Source: a virus
Length of the DNA: 12,214 bases
Reading direction: 5' to 3' (one strand)
UHGV virus genome: UHGV-1821312
This document shows, piece after piece, positions 1-7,011 of this stretch. The notes under the pieces were generated by a model. The model worked only from the letters and a program-made list of their open reading frames with translations, ran no database searches and was not told where the DNA came from. How positions within the stretch are numbered: position 1 is the stretch's first letter; the number at the start of each line of letters is the position of its first letter. The position numbers and the translations under genes are program-made.

Positions 1-46
1 AGATCTGCGCATGTCTCGTGGGCTCGGAGATGTGTATAAGAGACAG
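1..46. other. Non-genomic library adapter at the 5' end (Nextera/Tn5-type read-2 adapter plus 19-nt mosaic end)
   Basis: Positions 13..27 are GTCTCGTGGGCTCGG and 28..46 are AGATGTGTATAAGAGACAG, the Tn5 mosaic-end sequence. The exact reverse complement is at 12175..12208. Phage sequence starts at 47. Confidence 0.9.
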
Positions 47-361
47 GTCCTGCACAAAACGGGTAAATGCCTGCTGGCTGAGAAGGCGATGTGGAATATA
101 GGTACTGCTGATAATGTCACGCTTAACACTGATCGGGGAGCTGTGGTGCACGGCGGCGCGGAAGGTACGCGCCAGTCCGTCAAAGCTGACGGGCGGCTCA
201 TACCAGCGATCCATCTGCACGCATTCCACATAGTCCAGCAGCTCGCGGCGGTCCAGTACAGGAATGGGATCACCAAAGCTGAAAGCCTCAGCCGTTGGGC
301 TGTTGCCTGGTTTTGTGTTGTGATCAACTGTTACCTGCTTGGTGTTTTTACGTTTGCTCAT
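47..361 (-). CDS. Q: Portal (capsid portal vertex) protein, N-terminal 105 codons only; the rest is lost at the adapter junction
   Basis: My translation of the minus strand from ATG (revcomp of 359..361) gives MSKRKNTKQVTVDHNTKPGNSPTAEAFSFGDPIPVLDRRELLDYVECVQMDRWYEPPVSFDGLARTFRAAVHHSSPISVKRDIISSTYIPHRLLSQQAFTRFVQD with no stop. This resembles the P2 gpQ portal N-terminus as I recall it and sits where Q belongs. GAGGAG lies 8 nt upstream of the ATG. Not in the supplied ORF track because it has no stop in the window. Confidence 0.7.
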
Positions 362-1065
362 TCTGCCAGCTCCTCGTTTGCGAGAGGCCATTCGCACATA
401 AACAGCATTTTCCAGTCCTCTGCTGATAATTCTTTTTTCATATCGTTCAGCCAGTTATCAGTAAACAACATTGCTCCTGATGCTGCTGCGTCATCAGCGG
501 TAAACACCATGCTGGTTACACTGTTGTTTTTGCTTAACTTTTTAAATTCCTGCCATGCCTCCGGGTTAGGGCTGGGAGTGGTGTAGTAGGTGGCGTGGTG
601 GCGTGCGTGCATAGAAATCCCTTTAGCCAGGGCAATCATATTTCTCGGTGATTCAGACCAGGCATACTCTGACACGTAGACATTTCCACTGAGTGCGGTG
701 GCGTGGCACTTGAGGTCGAAAAAATAAATGACCGCACCATTCGGAAGCTCCAGATGACTTTTGCCTGATTTTATTTTTCCAGTGTGCGTATAAGCTGCGG
801 CCTGGCTTAAGAATGCTGACACATAGGCTTTGATTGCCTGCGCAGATGCTGTGCTGCAGCAGAGGAAAATCTGGTTACGCCCGGTATGCAGTGCATCGTT
901 CAGGGCTTCATAGGAAAAAAAGAAATCCGCGCCTGCCTGGCGCATTTTTGTGAGTACACGGTTTCTACTCTTTGGGCCAGTGTTCCACTCATACTGGTAA
1001 GCAAAGAAAGAGCTATCCACCGGAAGTCCCGCGATAGTCATGAGGTTAGTTGGGATTGGGGGCAT
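358..1065 (-). CDS. Stand-alone terminase-ATPase-domain paralog (235 aa from ATG at 1065), function unknown
   Basis: ORF-track protein 358..1068 aligns by eye to residues ~143-378 of the adjacent terminase (FAYQYEW / FNYQRHW; TGRNQIFL identical; LPNGA; GNVYVSEYAW / GNLYLDEYFW; TTPS / STPS; MLFMCEW / LLMCEF), roughly 40% identity. It lacks the terminase N-terminal ~140 aa and the C-terminal ~210 aa. GGAG lies 8 nt upstream of the ATG. I prefer the ATG at 1063..1065 to the track's TTG at 1066..1068. Confidence 0.8.
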   Translation of the reverse strand: MPPIPTNLMTIAGLPVDSSFFAYQYEWNTGPKSRNRVLTKMRQAGADFFFSYEALNDALHTGRNQIFLCCSTASAQAIKAYVSAFLSQAAAYTHTGKIKSGKSHLELPNGAVIYFFDLKCHATALSGNVYVSEYAWSESPRNMIALAKGISMHARHHATYYTTPSPNPEAWQEFKKLSKNNSVTSMVFTADDAAASGAMLFTDNWLNDMKKELSAEDWKMLFMCEWPLANEELAE

Positions 1066-2831
1066 CAAAAAATCTCCACAATATTGCTTGTATTGGCGGA
1101 CTCGCCCTGCAGCGGTTCATTAAACAGTGCGTGCATCGTTGCCCAGGCCAGATCGGCGTGGCTGGCTTCTTCGCTGCGGCTGGCTTCATAGGTCGGGCGG
1201 TTGCCGCTGGCGGTGGTGGCGCGACGGATTGCCATAAATGACTGCGCAATGTCGGTGTGCCCGGCGTCAAACTCCAGACGGCGGTGGCTGATAATGTCGT
1301 AGGCCTTGAGTACCAGGGCGTTTTTAACATTGGGGTTGTAGACAAACTCCCGGACGGCAGGAAAGAACGCTTTCACGTTCTCATAAACCCCGTGACCGAC
1401 GCCGGTCGAGTCGATGCCGATATAGGTCACGTTGTACTGTTCGGTCAATTTTTTGATGGCGTCCGCCTGGGCGCGGAAGTCCATCCCGCGCCACTGGTGA
1501 CGCTCAAGAATGCGGAACTTACCGCCCGGCACGGCTGGCGGTGCCACCACCACGCATCCGGCGCTGTCGCCGTTCTGCGTACCTTTTGCCGGGTCATAAC
1601 CGATCCACACTTCGCGCCAGCCAAACGGGCGAAGGGCCAGTGCATGAAAGTCGGTCCAGACTTCCCAGCTGTCCACCATGCACGCCTGCAGCTCGCTGAG
1701 CGGGAACACGGACGCGAGATCGTCCACAAACTCGCACATCAGCAGGTTCTGGTATTCGCCCGGGCTGTACTCCATGCGCAACTGATCGAGGTCGAAAAGG
1801 TTACATCCGCCGCGCACTGCATCTTCCACGGTGACTATCTGGCGGTATTGCCCGTCTGCACACAGCAGGCCGGGGGCCAGATTGTTGTGTGACAGGTCAA
1901 TGTCCACCTTGTCGGCTTTGTTGCGGCCACGGTTGAACAGCGCACCGGACCAGAACGGATAAGCACTGTGGGTAAGGCTGGATGGCGTGGAAAAATAGGT
2001 TTGTCGCCATTTTTTGTGAATAGCCATACCGGAAGCCACTTTGCGCAGCTCCTGGAATTTCGGTATCCAGAAATATTCATCCAGATACAGGTTGCCGTGG
2101 TAACTCTGGGCCGTGCGGGCATTGGTGCCGAGGAAATACAGTGTGGCCCCGTTGGGAAGCACCATCGGATCGCCTTTCAGCTCCACCTCCACTTCTTTGG
2201 CGAAGTCGATGATGTACTGTTTAAAGACGTGGGCCTGTGCCTTACTGGCGGAAAGGAAAATCTGGTTACGTCCGGTCAGAAGGGCGTCAATCAGGGCTTC
2301 ACGGGCAAAGTAAAAGGTCGCGCCGATCTGGCGTGACTTCAGCAGGTTGCGGATGCGGTTGGTTTTTCCGGCTTCCCACCAGTGGCGCTGGTAGTTGAAC
2401 ATAGAGGAATGGAAGATTTCTTCCAGTTTCTCAATCTGTTCATCGGTGAAAACATTCTTTTCCGGCTGACGGCGCGGGCCTTTGTTGCGGTTGGCGACGT
2501 TAGGGTTTAAGTCGGCTTCGTTGCCGCCATTGTTAAACTTGCCGATCCGCGCGTGGCGCTCCGACTGGCGCGCCAGCAGGTCAATCTCTTTGAAATCTTT
2601 CCCTTCTTTGTGCTCCTTCATAATGAGCTGGCAGTAGCGTGCGGCGGTGGTGAGCTGCATCTGATCCAGCGGCCCATAGTCACCCCACTTGTCGCGTTTT
2701 TTCCAGCTGTGAACGGTTGCAACTTTCTCGCCCAGCATTTCAGCAATGCGGGCTACGCGGTATCCCTGAAAGTACAGCAGCATGGCCTGCCGACGGGGAT
2801 CGAGATCTGCGGGTGTCAGTGTGGTGTTCAT
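1065..2831 (-). CDS. P: Terminase ATPase (large) subunit, P2 gpP family, 588 aa
   Basis: Size and sequence are typical of P2-type terminase ATPase subunits. N-terminal region RRQAMLLYFQGYRVARIAEMLGEKVATVHSWKKRDKW, then a lambda-gpA-like deviant P-loop KSRQIGAT, a Walker-B-like LYLDE and a C-terminal domain. Divergent from the O-N-M-L operon as in P2. Confidence 0.92.
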   Translation of the reverse strand: MNTTLTPADLDPRRQAMLLYFQGYRVARIAEMLGEKVATVHSWKKRDKWGDYGPLDQMQLTTAARYCQLIMKEHKEGKDFKEIDLLARQSERHARIGKFNNGGNEADLNPNVANRNKGPRRQPEKNVFTDEQIEKLEEIFHSSMFNYQRHWWEAGKTNRIRNLLKSRQIGATFYFAREALIDALLTGRNQIFLSASKAQAHVFKQYIIDFAKEVEVELKGDPMVLPNGATLYFLGTNARTAQSYHGNLYLDEYFWIPKFQELRKVASGMAIHKKWRQTYFSTPSSLTHSAYPFWSGALFNRGRNKADKVDIDLSHNNLAPGLLCADGQYRQIVTVEDAVRGGCNLFDLDQLRMEYSPGEYQNLLMCEFVDDLASVFPLSELQACMVDSWEVWTDFHALALRPFGWREVWIGYDPAKGTQNGDSAGCVVVAPPAVPGGKFRILERHQWRGMDFRAQADAIKKLTEQYNVTYIGIDSTGVGHGVYENVKAFFPAVREFVYNPNVKNALVLKAYDIISHRRLEFDAGHTDIAQSFMAIRRATTASGNRPTYEASRSEEASHADLAWATMHALFNEPLQGESANTSNIVEIF

Positions 2832-2877
2832 GGCACAAACCTACAGCCTTGAATGAAGGCTTTCCCCGCCTGCGGTT

Positions 2878-2895
2878 TGTGTGGTTGTCGGTACA
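2878..2895. promoter_or_regulatory. TGT-N12-ACA element in the divergent P/O late-promoter region (candidate Ogr/Delta-type activator site)
   Basis: TGT at 2878..2880 and ACA at 2893..2895 are separated by 12 nt, inside the 142-bp P-O intergenic region. The centre lies ~88 bp upstream of the O ATG and ~55 bp from the P ATG. P2-family late promoters are known to carry this half-site dyad centred near -55. Confidence 0.4.
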
Positions 2896-2973
2896 AATAC
2901 CGCGCATTGTTTCACTACCCCCATCACCGCAACCATAAGGCTCCAGTAAGTTTTTTTTAACGGAGCACGGCTC

Positions 2974-3807
2974 ATGACAGTGAAAGCAAAGCGTTTTCGC
3001 ATCGGGGTGGAAGGTGCCACCACCGACGGACGCGAAATCCAGCGTGAATGGCTGGAACAGATGGCAGCCAGCTACAACCCGGCGGTGTATACCGCGCTGA
3101 TTAACCTTGAGCACATCAAGTCTTATCTGCCGGACAGCACCTTTAACCGCTACGGCAAGGTGACGGCGCTGTTTGCTGAGGAAATCACGGAAGGTCCGCT
3201 GGCAGGCAAGATGGCGCTGTATGCCGACGTTGAGCCAACGGAGTCCCTGGTGGAACTGGTGAAAAAAGGCCAGAAATTATTCACCTCTATGGAAGTCAGC
3301 CCGAAGTTCGCTGATACGGGCAAAGCCTACCTGGTCGGCCTGGCTGCCACTGATGACCCTGCCAGTCTGGGCACTGAAATGCTGACATTCAGCGCCAGTG
3401 CAGCCCATAACCCGCTGGCAAACCGCAAGCAGAATCCTGCCAATCTCTTTACCGCTGCAGAGGAAACGGTGATCGAACTGGAGGAAGTCCAGGACGACAA
3501 ACCGTCCCTGTTTTCCCGCGTCACGGCGCTGTTCACCAAAAAAGAGCAGTCCGATGACGCCCGGTTCTCTGATGTGCATAAGGCCGTGGAACTGGTCGCC
3601 ACTGAGCAGCAAAACCTGAGCGCGCGAACCGAAAAATCTCTGTCTGAGCAGGAAGAACGCCTGTCTGAACTGGAGTCTGCTCTGCAGAAGCAGCAAACCG
3701 CCTTTAATGAACTGGTGAATAAGCTGAGTCATGAAGACAGCCGCCAGGACTACCGCCAGCGTGCAACAGGCGGTAACGCCCCCGCTGACACTCTGACCAA
3801 TTGCTGA
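2974..3807 (+). CDS. O: Capsid scaffolding protein, P2 gpO family, 277 aa
   Basis: Motifs FRIGVEG, INLEH, YLVGLAATDDPASLGTE and the C-terminal TNC match gpO as I recall it. GGAG lies 8 nt upstream of the ATG. Confidence 0.9.
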   Translation: MTVKAKRFRIGVEGATTDGREIQREWLEQMAASYNPAVYTALINLEHIKSYLPDSTFNRYGKVTALFAEEITEGPLAGKMALYADVEPTESLVELVKKGQKLFTSMEVSPKFADTGKAYLVGLAATDDPASLGTEMLTFSASAAHNPLANRKQNPANLFTAAEETVIELEEVQDDKPSLFSRVTALFTKKEQSDDARFSDVHKAVELVATEQQNLSARTEKSLSEQEERLSELESALQKQQTAFNELVNKLSHEDSRQDYRQRATGGNAPADTLTNC

Positions 3808-3823
3808 TGGAGCACAAAACCCG

Positions 3824-4882
3824 ATGAAGAAGAATACCCGCTTTGCTTTTAACGCTTACCTGCAGCAGCTGGCGCGTCTGAACGGTGTGGCAGTTGAAGA
3901 ACTGTCCAGCAAGTTCACTGTAGAGCCGTCTGTACAGCAGACGCTGGAAGACCAGATCCAGCAGTCCGCCGCTTTCCTGACGCTGATTAACGTCACGCCA
4001 GTGACTGAGCAGTCTGGTCAGTTGCTGGGGCTGGGTGTTGGCAGCACCATTGCCGGAACCACTGACACCACCGCGAAAGAGCGTGAGCCTGTCGATCCGA
4101 CGCTGATGGTTGATGCGGAATATAAATGCGAGCAGACCAACTTTGACACGGTGCTGACCTACGCGAAGCTGGACCTGTGGGCGAAGTTTCAGGATTTCCA
4201 AGTGCGCATCCGTGACGCCATCGTGAAACGTCAGGCACTGGACCGCATCATGATCGGCTTTAACGGCGTGAAGCGTGCGAAAACCTCCAACCGTAGTGAA
4301 AACCCGCTGCTGCAGGATGTTAACAAAGGCTGGCTGCAGAAAATCCGTGAGGATGCACCGGATCACGTCATGGGCAGCACCACCACGGGCGGTGAAACCA
4401 CTCCGGGCGCGGTGAAAGTCGGGAAAGGTGGCGAATATGCCAACCTGGACGCCGTAGTGATGGATGCCGTCAATGAGCTTATCGATGTGGTCTACCAGGA
4501 CGATGACGATCTGGTGGTGATTTGCGGTCGTGAACTGCTGTCTGACAAGTATTTCCCGCTGGTCAACAAAGAGCAGGAAAACAGTGAAAAACTGGCTGCC
4601 GATATGATCATCAGTCAGAAACGCATGGGTGGCCTGCAGGCCGTGCGTGCGCCGTTCTTCCCGCCGAATGCGCTGCTGATCACCCGTCTGGATAACCTGT
4701 CCATCTACTGGCAGGAAGACACCCGCCGCCGTTCAGTTATCGACAACCCGAAACGTGACCGGATTGAAAATTTTGAATCCGTTAACGAAGCCTATGTGGT
4801 TGAGGACTACCGCTGCGCCGCACTGGTGGAAAACATCCAGATTGGCGATTTCAGCGCCGCTGCAGCCGAAACCGGAGCGTAA
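3824..4882 (+). CDS. N: Major capsid protein, P2 gpN family, 352 aa
   Basis: TRFAFNAYL, FTVEPSVQQTL, LDLWAKFQDFQVRIRDAIVKRQ, GFNGVKRA, VVICGRELLSDKYFPLVNKEQENSEKLAADMIISQKR all match gpN closely. Position after O. Confidence 0.92.
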   Translation: MKKNTRFAFNAYLQQLARLNGVAVEELSSKFTVEPSVQQTLEDQIQQSAAFLTLINVTPVTEQSGQLLGLGVGSTIAGTTDTTAKEREPVDPTLMVDAEYKCEQTNFDTVLTYAKLDLWAKFQDFQVRIRDAIVKRQALDRIMIGFNGVKRAKTSNRSENPLLQDVNKGWLQKIREDAPDHVMGSTTTGGETTPGAVKVGKGGEYANLDAVVMDAVNELIDVVYQDDDDLVVICGRELLSDKYFPLVNKEQENSEKLAADMIISQKRMGGLQAVRAPFFPPNALLITRLDNLSIYWQEDTRRRSVIDNPKRDRIENFESVNEAYVVEDYRCAALVENIQIGDFSAAAAETGA

Positions 4883-4885
4883 CCC

Positions 4886-5536
4886 ATGAGCCTGAGTCCC
4901 GCACGGCAGCATCGCCTGCGCGTTCAGGCTGAACAGGCCGCCCGCGAGGGCGGCAGCGTTCGCCACGCGTCGGGCTATGACCTGATGCTGCTGCAACTGG
5001 CGGAAGACCGCCGCCGTCTCAAGAGCGTTCAGTCCACGGTGAAAAAAGCGGAAATCAAGGTGGAGCTGCTGCCGAAATATGCCGCCTGGGCGGAGGGCGT
5101 CCTGGCTGCCGGAGGCGCTCAACAGGATGACGTGCTGATGTACGTGATGCTGTGGCGCATTGATGCCGGAGATTATGCCGGGGCGCTGGAGATCGGGCGT
5201 CATGCCCTGCGTCATGGCTGGGTGATGCCGCTGGGTAACCGCAACGTGCAGACCGTGCTGGCAGAGGAAATGGCAGACGCGGCGCAGAGCGCAATGCTTG
5301 CCGCCACCGGCTTTGATGCCGATCTGTTGCTGCAGACGCTGGAGCTGACAGACGGTCTGGATATGCCGGACCAGTCACGGGCGCGTCTGCATAAAGCGAT
5401 TGGCGCTGTCCTGAGTGAAAGCAACCCGGCTTCCGCCCTTAATCATCTCAACCATGCGTTACAGCTCGATCCCCGCTGTGGCGTGAAAAAAGACAAACAG
5501 CAGCTGGAGCGCAGACTGCGCAATGACAGCCGCTGA
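4886..5536 (+). CDS. M: Terminase endonuclease (small) subunit, P2 gpM family, 216 aa
   Basis: Position directly after N, with GGAG 8 nt upstream. Size and sequence character fit gpM. Confidence 0.85.
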   Translation: MSLSPARQHRLRVQAEQAAREGGSVRHASGYDLMLLQLAEDRRRLKSVQSTVKKAEIKVELLPKYAAWAEGVLAAGGAQQDDVLMYVMLWRIDAGDYAGALEIGRHALRHGWVMPLGNRNVQTVLAEEMADAAQSAMLAATGFDADLLLQTLELTDGLDMPDQSRARLHKAIGAVLSESNPASALNHLNHALQLDPRCGVKKDKQQLERRLRNDSR

Positions 5537-5631
5537 CAGAACGTGCCCCCGCGCACGGGCGGCACGGGGTGGCGAAAGGCACTGCCACATCAAAACCCCG
5601 TCCACCGCCCTCTATTTCAGGAGAAAGCAGC

Positions 5632-6096
5632 ATGAAGTTTGTTGCGCCAGAACAGGCACCGGAACAGGCGGAAATCATCAGGAATACGCCGTTCTGGCCT
5701 GATGTGGACCTGTCGGAGTTTCGCAGCGTGATGCGCACTGACGGCACGGTGACGCAGCCGCGTTTAAAGCAGGTTGCGCTGTCGGCAATTTCGGAGGTCA
5801 ACGCAGAGCTGTATGAGTTTCGCAGACGCCAGCAGATGCTGGGGTATGCCTCGCTGGCAGAGGTTCCGGCGGAACAGCTGGACGGCAAAAGTGAGCGCAT
5901 TCAGCACTATTTCAACGCGGTTTACTGCTGGGCACGCGCCATGCTCAACGAACGTTACCAGGACTATGACGCCACGGCGTCCGGTGTGAAGCGGGGCGAG
6001 GAACTGGCGGAAGCAAGCGGTGATTTGTGGCGTGACGCCCGCTGGGCCATCAGCCGGGTGCAGGATGCGCCGCACTGCACAGTGGAGCTTATCTGA
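5632..6096 (+). CDS. L: Head completion/stabilization protein, P2 gpL family, 154 aa
   Basis: Position between M and X. ATG at 5632 is preceded by AGGAG at the right spacing; the track's upstream start at 5569 is a GTG with no good RBS. Stop overlaps the X start (TGATG). Confidence 0.8.
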   Translation: MKFVAPEQAPEQAEIIRNTPFWPDVDLSEFRSVMRTDGTVTQPRLKQVALSAISEVNAELYEFRRRQQMLGYASLAEVPAEQLDGKSERIQHYFNAVYCWARAMLNERYQDYDATASGVKRGEELAEASGDLWRDARWAISRVQDAPHCTVELI

Positions 6097-6299
6097 TGAA
6101 AGTGCGTGCGCATCAGTATGACACGGTGGACGCGCTTTGCTGGCGTCATTACGGGCGCACGCAGGGTGTCACGGAGCAGGTACTGAAGGCAAATCCGGGG
6201 CTTGCCGAATACGGCCCCTTTTTACCTCACGGGCTGCAGGTGGAGCTGCCGGACATTCCGACCACCACCACTGTGCAGACCGTCCAGCTATGGGACTGA
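6096..6299 (+). CDS. X: Tail protein X, P2 gpX family, 67 aa
   Basis: 67-aa protein at the canonical position after L; size matches P2 gpX. Start overlaps the L stop. Confidence 0.85.
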   Translation: MKVRAHQYDTVDALCWRHYGRTQGVTEQVLKANPGLAEYGPFLPHGLQVELPDIPTTTTVQTVQLWD

Positions 6300-6302
6300 A
6301 TT

Positions 6303-6518
6303 ATGACGCTTGAGCGAATCAGCGCCTTTATCACGTATTGCATCGCCGTCGTGCTGGCCTGGCTGGGCGATTTGTCCATCAAGGATGCCTCAACGCTGGG
6401 CGGCCTGATGATTGGTGTGCTGATGCTGGCTATCAACTGGTACTACAAACACAAAGCCTACCAGCTTCTGCGCGACGGGCAGATCTCGCGGGAGGACTAT
6501 GAATCCATCAATCGTTAA
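6303..6518 (+). CDS. Holin, 71 aa, two predicted transmembrane segments (class II / pinholin-like)
   Basis: Two hydrophobic stretches, ISAFITYCIAVVLAWLG and LGGLMIGVLMLAINWYY, followed by a charged C-terminus. Lies immediately upstream of the lysozyme and overlaps it by 20 nt. Shorter than the P2 Y holin as I remember it. Confidence 0.7.
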   Translation: MTLERISAFITYCIAVVLAWLGDLSIKDASTLGGLMIGVLMLAINWYYKHKAYQLLRDGQISREDYESINR

Positions 6519-7011
6519 ACGCTGCCTTGTCGGGACCGTGCTGGCTATTGCTGCCACGCTGCCGGGTTTTCAGCAGCTTCACACCTCCGTGGAGGGGCTG
6601 AAACTGATTGCCGATTACGAAGGCTGTCGTCTGCAGCCGTATCAGTGCAGCGCGGGTGTCTGGACCGACGGCATTGGTAATACATCGGGCGTCATTCCCG
6701 GCAAAACCATTACGGAACGACAGGCAGCGGAAGGGCTGATCTCCAACGTGCTGCGTGTGGAGCGGGCGCTGGAAAGGTGTGTGAAGCAACAGCCGCCGCA
6801 GAAGGTGTATGACGCGGTGGTGTCGTTTGCCTTCAACGTGGGAACGGGCAATGCCTGCAGTTCCACACTGGTGAAATTGCTCAATCAGCGGCGCTGGGCG
6901 GATGCGTGCCGACAGTTGCCGCGCTGGGTGTATGTAAAAGGTGTGTTTAATCAGGGGCTGGATAACCGCCGAGCGCGGGAGATGGCCTGGTGCTTACAGG
7001 GAGCAAACTGA
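6499..7011 (+). CDS. Endolysin, phage lysozyme (T4-lysozyme / GH24-like) with an N-terminal hydrophobic SAR-like segment, 170 aa
   Basis: VEGLKLIADYEGCRLQPY...WTDGIGNT resembles the E...D...T catalytic region of T4-type lysozymes. The N-terminus VKRCLVGTVLAIAATLPGF is a weakly hydrophobic Gly/Ala-rich stretch typical of signal-arrest-release domains. Confidence 0.8.
   Translation: MNPSIVKRCLVGTVLAIAATLPGFQQLHTSVEGLKLIADYEGCRLQPYQCSAGVWTDGIGNTSGVIPGKTITERQAAEGLISNVLRVERALERCVKQQPPQKVYDAVVSFAFNVGTGNACSSTLVKLLNQRRWADACRQLPRWVYVKGVFNQGLDNRRAREMAWCLQGAN

Noticed and set aside
11-586. Plus-strand ORF of 191 aa (MSRGLGDVYKRQ...)
   Set aside because: Its start codon and first 12 codons lie inside the adapter, and it runs antisense to the portal and paralog genes, which have RBSs and homology support.
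358-1065. Reading the terminase-like ORF as a frameshifted or duplicated fragment of gene P (a pseudogene)
   Set aside because: It is only ~40% identical to P at the protein level, has its own RBS, an intact 235-codon frame and exact start/stop overlaps with both neighbours, which is what an independent functional gene looks like.
1046-2336. Several 60-210-aa ORFs overlapping the terminase gene on either strand (for example 1257..1892 plus, 1968..2336 plus, 1445..1729 minus)
   Set aside because: They lie entirely inside a strongly supported 588-aa gene, have no RBS, and are the kind of spurious frames GC-rich coding sequence produces.
2951-2958. T8 tract upstream of O as an intrinsic terminator
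   Set aside because: No GC-rich hairpin precedes it on either strand. It sits between the presumed promoter and the O RBS, so it is more likely leader sequence.
5569-5631. Upstream start for gene L at 5569, as in the ORF track
   Set aside because: It is a GTG with no convincing RBS. The ATG at 5632 has AGGAG at ideal spacing.
3277-5900. Minus-strand ORFs inside O, N and M (for example 3704..4366, 4733..5215, 5448..5900)
   Set aside because: They are antisense to conserved structural genes with clear homology and coupling. I see nothing supporting them.
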